A DNA stretch of 62,789 bases, filler included, from 5 parts of 5 records of this genome joined end to end with filler, not necessarily neighbours in it; one strand, 5' to 3'. Positions 1-10,625 are shown, numbered from the whole stretch's first letter. Program-made: numbers and translations. Notes: generated by a model not told the origin, from the letters alone.

Positions 1-620
1 AATTGTATGATTTAACGATTTTGTCGTTTGAATTATCCGATAAGTACAGGAACCCAATTATTATTCTTTCTGACGCAATATTGGGACAAATGATGGAGCC
101 GGTCATTATTTCAACAGATATTGAAATGAATCTACCGAAAAAACCTTGGGCAGTTAGGGGACGTGGTTCAGGATCAAGAAAAGTTATAAAAGCAGCACCG
201 CATACAGATGAAGAATTCATCAAATGGAATGTAGAGCTCAAGAAAAAATATCAGATAATGAAAGAAAAAGAACAACGTTTTGAGGCGCTTGAATGCAAGG
301 ACGCTGAAATGCTGGTCGTCTCTTTTGGCAGTAGTGCGCGAATATGTATGGATGCAGTTGAAAGGGCGCGTGAAGACGGTGTTAAGGTAGGTATATTTCG
401 TCCAATTACATTATGGCCTTTCCCACAATCGGCCTTGTTGGAAATTATAAGCCAGGAAATCAAAAAGATTCTGGTTGTGGAAGCTAATAATGGGCAGATG
501 GTTTTGGACATAGAACGAATAGCAAAAGGATGTTGCGTTATTGAGCATTTTGGGAAAGGTGGGGGAGCGATTATTAAACCTGATGATGTCTATAATGAAA
601 TTCATCATATGAATAAATAA
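1..620 (+). CDS. 2-oxoacid:ferredoxin oxidoreductase alpha subunit, 5'-truncated (Vor/Kor-like)
   Basis: C-terminal OFOR alpha motifs 'DAILGQMMEP', 'FRPITLWPFP', 'ILVVEANNGQM'; followed by beta, gamma and delta subunits. Confidence 0.9.
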   Translation, partial: LYDLTILSFELSDKYRNPIIILSDAILGQMMEPVIISTDIEMNLPKKPWAVRGRGSGSRKVIKAAPHTDEEFIKWNVELKKKYQIMKEKEQRFEALECKDAEMLVVSFGSSARICMDAVERAREDGVKVGIFRPITLWPFPQSALLEIISQEIKKILVVEANNGQMVLDIERIAKGCCVIEHFGKGGGAIIKPDDVYNEIHHMNK

Positions 621-694
621 TAATCATTTTCCAGTAAATGTAGGGTGTAAAAGCTTAATTTGAACAAAAAAGAGGCGGAATTTTAAAATTTATC

Positions 695-1444
695 ATGATT
701 GCTGAGAAAAAAGTATTTTCTAAACCGGATTCCATGACCGAGATTCCTTTTCCGTACTGTCCTGGATGTAGTCATGGGATTGTTCATCGCCTGGTCGCAG
801 AAGTGATAGATGAACTAAAAATCGCAGATAAAGCTATTGGAATTACTTCAGCAGGTTGCTCGGTAAGGAACTGGAGACAATTTGACGTAGATATGGTCAT
901 GGCTCTTCATGGTAGAGGGCCGGCTGTGGCTACAGGTTTAAAACGAGCTCAAAAACATGCTGTTGTTTTCACTTATCAGGGCGACGGCGATCTCGCAGCA
1001 ATAGGAACTGGTGAAATAATTCATGCTGCTGCACGTTGCGAACGAATAACTGTTATTTACGTAAATAATGGTGTTTTCGGCGCTACAGGAGGTCAGCAAG
1101 CGCCAACGACTCCTATTGGCGAAACTTCAGTAAGCTACCCAAACGGCCGAGACACTACAACAAGCGGATATCCTTTACATATAAGTGAAATGTTGGCAAT
1201 AGCTTCGCCGGAATCGTATATCACGAGAACGTCTGTTCATAATGTCAAACATATTATGCAAACAAAAAGAGCGATTAAAAAGGCCTTAAATATTCAAATA
1301 GAAGATAGAGGTTTTAGCCTCGTTGAAATTATGTCAACGTGTCCAACAAATTGGAAGCTATCTCCAGTTGAGAGTAACAAAAAACTGGAAAATACAATAT
1401 TAAAAACCTACATGTTAGGTGAATACTCAAATATCATTGTTTAG
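695..1444 (+). CDS. 2-oxoacid:ferredoxin oxidoreductase beta subunit (TPP-binding)
   Basis: 'YCPGCSHG', TPP motif 'QGDGDLAAIG...NN', 'TGGQQAPTT', 'STCPTNW'. Confidence 0.93.
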   Translation: MIAEKKVFSKPDSMTEIPFPYCPGCSHGIVHRLVAEVIDELKIADKAIGITSAGCSVRNWRQFDVDMVMALHGRGPAVATGLKRAQKHAVVFTYQGDGDLAAIGTGEIIHAAARCERITVIYVNNGVFGATGGQQAPTTPIGETSVSYPNGRDTTTSGYPLHISEMLAIASPESYITRTSVHNVKHIMQTKRAIKKALNIQIEDRGFSLVEIMSTCPTNWKLSPVESNKKLENTILKTYMLGEYSNIIV

Positions 1445-1453
1445 ATAAAGAAT

Positions 1454-1990
1454 ATGAAAATATCAACTTTGTTTGCAGGCTCGGGTGGACAAGGAATTAT
1501 GCTTATAGGCAAACTAATGGCACATACTGCTATTGCTGAAAACTTAGAAGTTGTTTTTTATCCATCATATGGTCCGGAAATGCGAGGTGGAACCGCTAAT
1601 TGTACAGTGATAATATCAACAAATAGGATCGGGTCTCCTGTGACTGATGAATATTCGTCAGTAATTGCGATGAACCAACTATCGTTAGATAAATTTTCAA
1701 AAAATATAAAAATATTTGGGACTCTTATTTACGATTCATGTCTAGATAAACCTCAAAGAGATGATATAAAGTTGTATCCAATTCCTATAGAGGAAACTGC
1801 TAGAGCATTAAAAACACCAAAAGTTGCTAATATGGTTGCTTTGGGAGGCTATTTAGCGGTTGATAATAAAATCGCTCTAGATACTGCGTTGCAAAATGTT
1901 GAAGAAGTTATTCCCAAACATCGAGAAACTATGATTGAGCTAAATAAAAAAGCCTTAGCAAGAGGTTACGAATTAGTAAAACATTCCTAG
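1454..1990 (+). CDS. 2-oxoacid:ferredoxin oxidoreductase gamma subunit
   Basis: 'AGSGGQG', 'PSYGPEMRGGTANC', 'ANMVALG'. Confidence 0.93.
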   Translation: MKISTLFAGSGGQGIMLIGKLMAHTAIAENLEVVFYPSYGPEMRGGTANCTVIISTNRIGSPVTDEYSSVIAMNQLSLDKFSKNIKIFGTLIYDSCLDKPQRDDIKLYPIPIEETARALKTPKVANMVALGGYLAVDNKIALDTALQNVEEVIPKHRETMIELNKKALARGYELVKHS

Positions 1991-2009
1991 GTTATCGTAG
2001 GTTACACTA

Positions 2010-2228
2010 ATGAAAATAGATAGAGGAAGAATAGTTATAAATGAGACCCGATGCAAAGGATGTGGTCTTTGTATTGATGTGTGTCCCAATAATAATATAT
2101 CTTTAAATACTATCCAGACTTCTTTGGGTAATAAAATAATCGCAATATATAATGAATCTAATGGCTGTAATGCGTGCCAATTGTGTGCGTGTATGTGTCC
2201 TGATATTGCTATTGATGTTTATCGTTAA
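2010..2228 (+). CDS. 2x[4Fe-4S] ferredoxin, OFOR delta subunit
   Basis: CKGCGLCIDVCP and CNACQLCACMCPDIAIDV motifs; directly follows the gamma subunit. Confidence 0.9.
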   Translation: MKIDRGRIVINETRCKGCGLCIDVCPNNNISLNTIQTSLGNKIIAIYNESNGCNACQLCACMCPDIAIDVYR

Positions 2229-2335
2229 GAAGAATGACATATACTGAAAAACTGTCCACCTAAAGGCGGGTTGGTAAACTAGAAAGTTTGAATAATTAAA
2301 ATTATCTGTCCCACAGATAATGAGATGTAGAGACA

Positions 2336-3595
2336 ATGAATAATATTAAATTACCTGAAACAGCAGTAATAAAGCAGACTTTTCCTCAAGATAAGATTGA
2401 GAATGTAGCTAAATATCTAAAAGATAGATTTTTCACCCATGACTTTAACAGGAGAATCAGATCGGGTCAGAAAGTTGCCATCACTGTGGGTAGTAGAGGA
2501 TGGGCAAACAGGATTGAAATAGTAAAAACACTTGTTGAGCTTGTACGTTCAAAAGGCGGTGAACCTCATATAGTCGCCACTATGGGGTCTCATGGGGGAG
2601 GAACAGTTGAAGGTAGATTCAACGTATTGAAAAAACTGGGAATTACTTCGGAAAACATTGGAGCCCCCGTAATCAGTACGGTGGATGTGACTGAGCTTGG
2701 AACAACAGAATCGAAATTAAAGGCATTTACAAGTTCGGAGCTGATAGAGGCCGACTGGGTAATAATTATTGGAAGAGCTAAACCTCATACGTCTTTTTCC
2801 GGGCCGGTTGAAAGCGGTTTCCACAAGATGATTTCCGTCGGGTGTGGGAAGGTTGAAGGTGCACGGACTGTTCATAGCAGAGGATCATCGGGAATGTGTC
2901 AAGCACTTCAAGAAATAACCAAGGTATTTCTTGGAAAAATGAACAATATCCTGTGCGGTATACTTTTAGTTGAAAATGCATATGGACATACTTCTCTCAT
3001 GCATATTGTTTCCCAGTCGGAGATTGTAGAAACCGATAAAGAAGCTCTTAAGCAGGCGAAGGACCTTATGCCAAGGCTTCCTCTGGAACAGATTGATATC
3101 CTTGTTGTTGATGAAATGGGCAAGAATTACAGCGGTACCGGGGTTGATCCAAAAACCATTGGAAGGATGAGAATCGCTGGTGTCGACGAACCTGAGAGTC
3201 CAATAATTAAAAGAGTTGGGATTTTAGATATTTCAGATGTATCTGATGGAAATGGAACAGGTGTCGGTATGGCAGACTTCATTACTGAAAAACTAAAAAA
3301 TAAAATTAATTTTAATTCAACATATGTGAATTGTCTTACAAGCGGAAATATACAAAGAGCATTTATTCCAATTGTCGTTCCAACAGAAATGCAATTATTA
3401 AAAATGGCAATAAATAGTATTGGCTCGCCCGACATAAATGAATTGCGCTACGCTCGTATAAAAAACACAGCAGAATTGGATATGGTAGAGATTTCTTCAA
3501 ACTTACTGGAAGAATTAGAGGATCATGAAATTATATGTAATGCTTCCCCAATGACAATCGACGAAAACAATAAAATTATTTCTAAATGGAAATAA
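2336..3595 (+). CDS. LarA N-terminal/DUF2088-like protein (lactate racemase domain-containing, function unknown)
   Basis: 'VAITVGSRG', 'MGSHGGGT', 'KPHTSFSGPVESG', 'EMGKNYSGTGVDP', 'GNGTGVGMAD' resemble this family as I recall it. Confidence 0.7.
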   Translation: MNNIKLPETAVIKQTFPQDKIENVAKYLKDRFFTHDFNRRIRSGQKVAITVGSRGWANRIEIVKTLVELVRSKGGEPHIVATMGSHGGGTVEGRFNVLKKLGITSENIGAPVISTVDVTELGTTESKLKAFTSSELIEADWVIIIGRAKPHTSFSGPVESGFHKMISVGCGKVEGARTVHSRGSSGMCQALQEITKVFLGKMNNILCGILLVENAYGHTSLMHIVSQSEIVETDKEALKQAKDLMPRLPLEQIDILVVDEMGKNYSGTGVDPKTIGRMRIAGVDEPESPIIKRVGILDISDVSDGNGTGVGMADFITEKLKNKINFNSTYVNCLTSGNIQRAFIPIVVPTEMQLLKMAINSIGSPDINELRYARIKNTAELDMVEISSNLLEELEDHEIICNASPMTIDENNKIISKWK

Positions 3596-4000
3596 AGATC
3601 ATGAAATAGAATCTAGAGGCTACCTTGAAAATATTGCAAAATTGGTTGCTTAAATAGAGGTAAATTCAATCACTGTTGTGATTTATACTCTATATATGAT
3701 GTAAGAGACAAACGTAATGTTCCATCAAGCTAACAATGTAGATACATAGTTATTCTTCATAACAATTTATAATGTAGATTGAATGAAGTACCTTTAAATT
3801 TAATTATAGATGGTACCACTTTGATTTCATCGACGGAAATATTGTCTACCAATGTACTATATAATAATTATCTTTCCCCGTATTGTTCTCCCTCAGCTTT
3901 GAATTTGGCTTAGAAGTATATATCAGAATCTTTATAAAATCTGTTGTAAAAATAGATTTTTTCTGTTTCCCGCTGCTAAATAGATATCCGGAGGAATATT

Positions 4001-5173
4001 ATGCTTAATGAGAATATTGATATGTTCATGTTGAGTACCAAAATTATATCAGGCTTTAATTCCTTAAGTACAGTCGTTAACAATATAAAGGAATTGAATG
4101 GAAGTAGGATCTTTGTAGTAACTGATCCTGGAATTATTTCTGTTGGGCTGCTGGATAAACTGACTACCTTGCTCGATGAAATAGGCATTCCTTATCAGGT
4201 TTACGATAATGTTATTCCGGATCCAATCGTTTCTTCAGTTGAAAGGGGTGCCAAACTTGCTAAAGAATTTGAAACAGATCTGTTTATTGCTCTGGGAGGT
4301 GGAAGTGCAATTGATACGGCGAAGGGAATCAAGGTTCTCTTAGCAAATGGTGGTAACATCAAAGACTATGCTGGAGCGCATAAAGTATCGAACAAAACGC
4401 TCCCGCTTATCGCCATTCCTACTACTTGTGGCACTGGCAGCGAGGCAACTTGGAGTCTCGTTCTTTCTGATCCTGAGAACAAGTATAAATTTGCAGTATT
4501 AAGTACTCATAACATGCCCGATATCGCAATTGTAGATCCGATATTAATGACGTCACTTCCAGCAAAAACGATAGCAGCAACGGGCATGGATTCTTTTGTT
4601 CATGCACTTGAAGCATATGTATCAGTTAGAGCAGATCCTATAAGCGAGGCGATCAGTCTTTATGCAATGGAACTTATCTCTCAAAACATTCGACAAGCTG
4701 TAACCGCCCAAGATAACGCTAGATTTATTGAAAAGCTTGCGATCGGGGCAACAATGGGGGGAATCTGTTTCAACATGCCTATGCTCGGCCTGGTTCATGC
4801 TATGTCAACTCCTGTAGGTGCAATGTTTCATGTTCCACACGGAATAGGAAATGCGGTATTTTTACCGTATATTATGAAATTTAACCTCGCTGCTTGTCCT
4901 GAGAAATTTGCAAGAGTAGCTCAATTAATGGGCGAAAAGGTTGAAGGAGTAACTTTAACAAATTCCGCAGAAAAAGCTTTGAGTGCTGTAATTAAATTGA
5001 ATGATGATATTGGAATACCACGGACGATTAAAGATTTAGGAGCAAATTTGGATCAGCTCGACAAATTAACTGAAGATGCTATGAAAAGCTACAATTGTCA
5101 GATGAATCCCAGGAAAAATACTGCTGATGATATTAAACAGTTATATATAGATGCCTATGAGGGGCGTCTTTAA
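4001..5173 (+). CDS. iron-containing alcohol dehydrogenase
   Basis: 'GGGSAIDTAK', 'IPTTCGTGSE', 'GMDSFVHALEAY', 'GLVHAM...VPHG'; GGAGGA RBS. Confidence 0.93.
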   Translation: MLNENIDMFMLSTKIISGFNSLSTVVNNIKELNGSRIFVVTDPGIISVGLLDKLTTLLDEIGIPYQVYDNVIPDPIVSSVERGAKLAKEFETDLFIALGGGSAIDTAKGIKVLLANGGNIKDYAGAHKVSNKTLPLIAIPTTCGTGSEATWSLVLSDPENKYKFAVLSTHNMPDIAIVDPILMTSLPAKTIAATGMDSFVHALEAYVSVRADPISEAISLYAMELISQNIRQAVTAQDNARFIEKLAIGATMGGICFNMPMLGLVHAMSTPVGAMFHVPHGIGNAVFLPYIMKFNLAACPEKFARVAQLMGEKVEGVTLTNSAEKALSAVIKLNDDIGIPRTIKDLGANLDQLDKLTEDAMKSYNCQMNPRKNTADDIKQLYIDAYEGRL

Positions 5174-5192
5174 TTAGAAAGAGGAGGTTAAA

Positions 5193-6236
5193 ATGGAAAA
5201 ATCTAAGAAATTGTCGATTTTACTAGCTTGTATGTTAGCAATTACTACTTTCATTTTTCTCGATAATGGACAATCTTTTGCCAAGGAAAAAACCTATAAA
5301 ATTAAGCTTGCACATGGATCACCAGCAGTAAATGATAGACTGGAAGATGCTTGTTTAGAATTTAAAAAATATGTTGAAGAAAATTCTAATGGGCGAATAC
5401 AAGTTTCTACCTACCCGGGAAATCAACTTGGTGGTGAGCGGGAAGTGATGGAAGGAGTTCAGATGGGGACGATTCAAATGGGAGCTATCACTACAGGGCC
5501 CTTTCCTGGAATATTTAAGGATATAATGGTTTTTGATTTACCATACCTTTTTTCGTCTAAGCAAGTAGCTTATGAGGTATTAGATGGTCCTGTTGGAACA
5601 GAGATCCTTGATAAGCTTAGAGAATCAACAGGTATTAGAACATTAGTATTTGGCGAAAATGGATTTCGCAATTTTACAAATGATGTACGGCCTATAAAAA
5701 AACCTGAAGATTTAAAGGGATTGAAAATTCGAACAATGGAAAACCCTGCCCACATGGCAATGGTGACGGTGCTTGGTGGAAATGCTACCCCTATGTCTTG
5801 GCCAGAGGTTTATACAGGTCTAGCTCAAAAAACAATAGATGGACAGGAAAATCCTATATCAATTATTCAGGGATTTAAATTCTGGGAAGTTCAGAAGTAT
5901 TGCTCAATTGATGCACATCTTTACAGCCCATACCTCTTTATTATTAATGATGATTTCTATAGTTCGATGGATGATAACTTGAAGTTGATTATTGATGAAG
6001 GAGCAAAGCTGTGGAGTAAGGTCGAGAGGGAACTAAACCAAAAGCAGACTGATGCGGGAGTTGATATTCTTCGCAAAAATGGTATGCAGGTTGAGATACT
6101 TAACCCTCAGGAAGTTCTTGAGTTCAGGAAGGCGACTAAATCAGTTTATGATACATTCGGTAAGGAAAACATAAACCAGGAATTGTTATCAAAAGTAATG
6201 AGTGCAATAGAAGAGGCGGAAAAGAAAAACAACTAA
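5193..6236 (+). CDS. dctP: TRAP transporter substrate-binding protein (DctP family)
   Basis: Signal peptide; 'QLGGERE', 'ENGFRN', 'DLKGLKIRTM', 'EVYTGL...IDGQENP'. Confidence 0.93.
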   Translation: MEKSKKLSILLACMLAITTFIFLDNGQSFAKEKTYKIKLAHGSPAVNDRLEDACLEFKKYVEENSNGRIQVSTYPGNQLGGEREVMEGVQMGTIQMGAITTGPFPGIFKDIMVFDLPYLFSSKQVAYEVLDGPVGTEILDKLRESTGIRTLVFGENGFRNFTNDVRPIKKPEDLKGLKIRTMENPAHMAMVTVLGGNATPMSWPEVYTGLAQKTIDGQENPISIIQGFKFWEVQKYCSIDAHLYSPYLFIINDDFYSSMDDNLKLIIDEGAKLWSKVERELNQKQTDAGVDILRKNGMQVEILNPQEVLEFRKATKSVYDTFGKENINQELLSKVMSAIEEAEKKNN

Positions 6237-6252
6237 TATCATTTTTATATAT

Positions 6253-6376
6253 AGGCACTAAAGATACTCAAAGGAGAATTTTAAACGGTTTAAAATAGAT
6301 CGTTAAAAGCGAATAATTTTATTACGATATTCCTTTACATCCTATTCCTATGTTGTAGTGAGAATCTTTAGTGCCT
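6253..6376. repeat. long inverted repeat enclosing nested hairpins between dctP and dctQ
   Basis: AGGCACTAAAGATACTCA (6253-6270) is complementary at 17/18 positions to TGAGAATCTTTAGTGCCT (6359-6376). Confidence 0.8.
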
Positions 6377-6560
6377 TGTTTTATATATATTTTATACTAA
6401 CATTTATCTCTATATTTTCCTATATAATATACAGTAATAATTAACAATATACATTATGTAAAATTTATAAATTAGTATGATATAATTATATAGGATTCAT
6501 TTAACTATTACAATTTATGAATCGGCAACACCGAAGACTCTCAATAAAGGAGTATGGAAC

Positions 6561-7073
6561 TTGAATAATTTAAAAAAATTTGAAAAATTTCTTACTTTTT
6601 TTGAAGAGTATAGTATCGCTATGCTTCTATTTATGATGACTGTCGTTACTTTTTGGGGTGTTGTTAACAGATTTGTTTTTAAACATTCTCTTCCTTGGTC
6701 AGAAGAATTGGCTAGATATTTGAGTATTTGGGCCGCGCTAATTGGTGCAAGTCTGGGAGTAAAAAAGAATATTCATATTGGAGTCGAAGCATTTGTTGCT
6801 TTCCTGCCATCAAAAGTTCAAAGACATTTTGCCGTAATCACGTGTACTATCAGTATGCTCTTCTGTCTTTCGATGGTGTATGTAGGAGGTGTCTATAGTG
6901 TTAAATTAATCAAAACATGGCAGTTATCAGCTGCTATGAGAATCCCAATATTTATTGCATACAGCGCTATTCCCGTGGGTTGTGCAATGATGGCTTTTCG
7001 TTTCCTTGTCATTTTATTAGAGGAAATACCTCGTCTGAAATCAACAAGTTTAGATTGTCAGAAGGAGACCTAA
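6561..7073 (+). CDS. dctQ: TRAP transporter small permease
   Basis: About 4 TM segments; 'WSEELARYL', 'HIGVE'; TTG start after AAGGAG. Confidence 0.92.
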   Translation: MNNLKKFEKFLTFFEEYSIAMLLFMMTVVTFWGVVNRFVFKHSLPWSEELARYLSIWAALIGASLGVKKNIHIGVEAFVAFLPSKVQRHFAVITCTISMLFCLSMVYVGGVYSVKLIKTWQLSAAMRIPIFIAYSAIPVGCAMMAFRFLVILLEEIPRLKSTSLDCQKET

Positions 7074-7076
7074 GCC

Positions 7077-8360
7077 ATGGCCACAATTCTTCTCATTTCA
7101 TTAGCCATTCTACTCGTATTAAATGTCCCGATAGGTATTGTTCTCGGTCTATCCTCACTATTAGCTTTGGCAATTACCCAGGAAGTACCTGTTTTTCTTG
7201 TCGCTCAAAGAATGTTTACAGGACTTGATTCGTTTCCTCTAATGGCTGTTCCGCTCTTTATGATTGCTGGAAAATTTATGGAGAAGGGTGGAATCTCCAA
7301 AAGGCTAGTGGACCTTTCAACAAATATTGTTGGTTCTATTTCCGGTGGATTAGGTCTCGTAGCCATTTTGGGGTGTATGTTTTTCGCTGCCATTTCTGGT
7401 TCAGCACCTGCCACAGTTGTTGCTATCGGTTCAATTGCTGTGCCGGCCATGATTGATGCTGGATATGACAAGCATTTTGCTGTAGCCCTTATGGCTGCTG
7501 CAGGTACAATTGGAGTTATCATTCCACCTAGTATACCATTCGTGACTTATGGAATTACCATGAATGTTTCGATAGGTAAGTTGTTTATAGCCGGTATAAT
7601 TCCAGGCATTATTATGGGCGGATCATTGATGTTTTTTTGTTACATCATAGCTAAGAAACGCGGCTACAGAGGTACCATTAAACCTTCATTTCGCGGATTT
7701 TTACGTTCATTAATAGATTCCTTTTGGGGGCTTTTGACTCCAGTAATAATTTTAGGAGGAATATATGGTGGTGTTTTTACTCCTACGGAGGCAGCTGCAG
7801 TAGCTTGTGTCTATTCTTTTTTGGTTGGTACATTTATTTACAAAGAGATGAATTACCGCTCTTTTATAAAAGGATTATCCGAAGCTGGTGTAACATCAGC
7901 CATGGTGATGTTTATTTTGTCTACGGCAACAGCAATGGGATGGATAATGACAACTGAGCAGGTTCCGGTAAGAGTAGCAAATTATTTATCCGTGGTAACT
8001 GACAATACACTTATTTTATTAATGTTAATTAATGTTATTCTTCTTATAACCGGATGTTTGATGGAATTAAATGCCGCAATTATGATTTTGGGTCCAATGT
8101 TGTTGCCTCTTATGATTCAGACCAATATTGACCTTGTTCATTTTGGTGTTATTATGGTAGTCAATATGACACTCGGACTTCTTACACCACCACTTGGTAT
8201 TCATTTGTTTGTTGCAGGAACTTTGGCCCCCGATGTATCGTTTAGAAAAATTGTTAGAATGGTAATGCCTTTTTTGGCTATTTTGTTATTTGACTTGGCA
8301 TTATTTACTTATCTTCCTAGCTTGTCTCTCATACTAGTTAAATTGTTGGGAATTAGATAG
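7077..8360 (+). CDS. dctM: TRAP transporter large permease
   Basis: 'FAAISGSAPAT', 'IIPPSIP', 'GGVFTPTEAA', 'LTPPLG'. Confidence 0.94.
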   Translation: MATILLISLAILLVLNVPIGIVLGLSSLLALAITQEVPVFLVAQRMFTGLDSFPLMAVPLFMIAGKFMEKGGISKRLVDLSTNIVGSISGGLGLVAILGCMFFAAISGSAPATVVAIGSIAVPAMIDAGYDKHFAVALMAAAGTIGVIIPPSIPFVTYGITMNVSIGKLFIAGIIPGIIMGGSLMFFCYIIAKKRGYRGTIKPSFRGFLRSLIDSFWGLLTPVIILGGIYGGVFTPTEAAAVACVYSFLVGTFIYKEMNYRSFIKGLSEAGVTSAMVMFILSTATAMGWIMTTEQVPVRVANYLSVVTDNTLILLMLINVILLITGCLMELNAAIMILGPMLLPLMIQTNIDLVHFGVIMVVNMTLGLLTPPLGIHLFVAGTLAPDVSFRKIVRMVMPFLAILLFDLALFTYLPSLSLILVKLLGIR

Positions 8361-8657
8361 TAGAGTAATGTCTACTTCGGAAAATTATCATTTGGCCTAA
8401 ACTTTATCCTGCATATGAGAACTTTATCTTCGACGTATCAACTGTACGCCTGCAGTAGAATTCCATATACAAATTGATTTTGAACCAATATCTCAATTTT
8501 TTCGGCAGCTTAAATTTTAACATATAGTTTGATTCTGATTTATAAAATAAATATTTTCAATATATTAGTTAGTCGGTTATTTAATCAGACCCTTCCCCTG
8601 GAAACTAAGCCATAGAAAATGTTAGTTCTTCGTGGTAAGGGAAAAATGACGGAGGAC

Positions 8658-9800
8658 AGAAGTGGTCCCAGCAATCAGGACCACCGGTTAAGTCATAGAA
8701 AGTTCACATGGTTCCCCCAATTGTGCTATTTTTTCTGAAAAATGGAGAAACAAAGAAGGAAACATTCAGCTGAGTTTAAAGCCAGGATGCCGAAAAGGAG
8801 ACTGGGGATCTTCAACGTAAAGTGGGCCAATTAACGATGAAGGTCAATTTTATCGAAAAAAAGTGCAAGCAGGTGGGAATCCCCGTAAAAAGTCGAAACT
8901 CGTAAGCGGGAATTGTCAACTGAGCATTCTATGCCAATGTAGGTTACTGAATATCCACCGTTCACTGGTGTATTATCAACTGGCTTGTGAGTCGGCAGAA
9001 AATTCGAGGCTGATGAAACAGATCGATGTTTTGCACAGGGAGGATCTTGCTGCAGGAAGTCGACGATTTCCCAGATATCTGACTCGGCAAACAGGACGAT
9101 CGGTAGACCGAAAACGTGTACGTCGACTCATGAAGATTCTGGGCGTAGAGGCCATTTATTCCAGGAGGGCCATCGAGAATCCATCCATATCTGCCGAAAG
9201 ATTTGGATATTTATCGTCCCAACCAGGTCTGGGCAGCGGATATAACATATATCTCCATGCACAAAGGGTTCATGTACCTCATTGCTTTCATTGGCGGGTA
9301 CTCAAGAAAGATAATCGCCCAGGAGATCTCAAATACCCTTGATGCTGAATTTTGCCAAAGGTGCCTTAAGTGAGTGATACTCTTAAATGGCCCCCCTGAA
9401 ATAATGAACAAAGATCAAGGTTGTCATTTCACCGCTGAAAAATGGCAGGAACTGTTAATTGACGCTGATGTGAAGATTGGCATGGACGGTAGGGGCCGAT
9501 GGATTGATAACGTGATGATCGAACGGTTCTGACGGACCATCAAATACGAAGATTTATACCTGCAATCCTATTGCAGCCCTAATGAGTTTGAACAAGGAGT
9601 TACAAGATTCAGGTTACGTTACAATTCAGTTCGACCTCACGATTCACTGGATGGCCAAACACCGGATGAAGTATATGTTGAAAAATTTCAAAGATTGTTT
9701 ACTGAAATAATTTTTTCCCATGGGGAAAGGCAACAACCCAGGGGCTATGTAATATAACTAAAAACTGTGGATGCCTGGTTTAAGGATAGGGACCACTTCT
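8658..9800 (+). mobile_element. degenerate IS3-family insertion sequence
   Basis: 12-bp terminal inverted repeats AGAAGTGGTCCC (8658-8669) / GGGACCACTTCT (9789-9800); internal orfA and orfB remnants. Confidence 0.85.
8742..9757 (+). pseudogene. IS3 transposase orfAB pseudogene
   Basis: orfA start 'MEKQRRKHSAEFKA' (internally deleted); A7G slippery site at ~8856-8863; orfB fragments 'PNQVWAADITYI', 'DQGCHFT', 'MDGRGRWIDNVMIERF*RTIKYE', 'YNSVRPH' broken by stops and frameshifts. Confidence 0.88.
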
Positions 9801-9826
9801 CTGGATGCTATTATTATTAACTTACT

Positions 9827-10501
9827 ATGATCGATAAAAATAATTATAAATTTGATAATTCAGTATTAGCGGAAAGAATTTCTCGAATATTGCAAGAAGC
9901 CATCATGGAGGGAAAAATAAAAATTGGTGAGCAACTTGTCGAAGTTGAGTATCAAAAATTGTTTGAAAGCAGTAGAACCCCAATTCGGGAAGCTTTCCGC
10001 AAGCTCGAAAATCTTGGAATTGTTGAAATAGTTCCACGAAAAGGTGCATTTGTAAAATCACTTACAGCTAAAGATGTTGAAGAAATGTTTCCAATAAGAG
10101 CGTATTTAGAAGGGTTGTCCGCCAAGTATGCATATGCTAACCGAAATAGCAGTTTTTTGACAGAGCTTGAATTAAAAACAGATCGTATGCAACATGCTTT
10201 TAGCAATGGAGATATTCTAATGTTTTGGAAAGAACACAATGATTTTCATGAAATTGTCATAGAGAAATCAAACAACCATAAATTGCAAGAAATACTGCTC
10301 AGCCTTCGGACTCAGATAATTTGGATGCATGTTACATACAAATATTTTCTAGAGGACTTAAGCAGATCTCTAAAGTCACACTCTGAAATTCTAAAAATGT
10401 TTCAAGACGACAATACAGATGTAAATCAATTAGATTTTTATTTTCGCAGTCACATAGAGAATGCAAAAGATAGTTTTCTTAATTTCATTCGAGAAAAATA
10501 G
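9827..10501 (+). CDS. GntR-family (FCD domain) transcriptional regulator
   Basis: wHTH 'SRTPIREAFRKLE..G.V...PRKGAFV'; FCD 'FHEIVIEKSNN'. Confidence 0.92.
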   Translation: MIDKNNYKFDNSVLAERISRILQEAIMEGKIKIGEQLVEVEYQKLFESSRTPIREAFRKLENLGIVEIVPRKGAFVKSLTAKDVEEMFPIRAYLEGLSAKYAYANRNSSFLTELELKTDRMQHAFSNGDILMFWKEHNDFHEIVIEKSNNHKLQEILLSLRTQIIWMHVTYKYFLEDLSRSLKSHSEILKMFQDDNTDVNQLDFYFRSHIENAKDSFLNFIREK

Positions 10502-10625
10502 CACGCAATAGGATACATGCTTCTTGTATGAAAAATCAATAGCGCACAATTAATGATCGAATAATTAAGTGTTGAAGAATGATAATTCGCGCAAAAATCA
10601 TAAATTGTTTTGAGGTAGGAACGTT

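Noticed and set aside
3596-4000. Hidden gene or RNA in the 405-bp gap before the Fe-ADH
   Set aside because: No convincing ORF, repeat or stable structure found on either strand.
8863-9411. ORFs 8863-9342 and 9211-9411 as real proteins
   Set aside because: They are frameshifted or antisense pieces of the IS3 transposase pseudogene.
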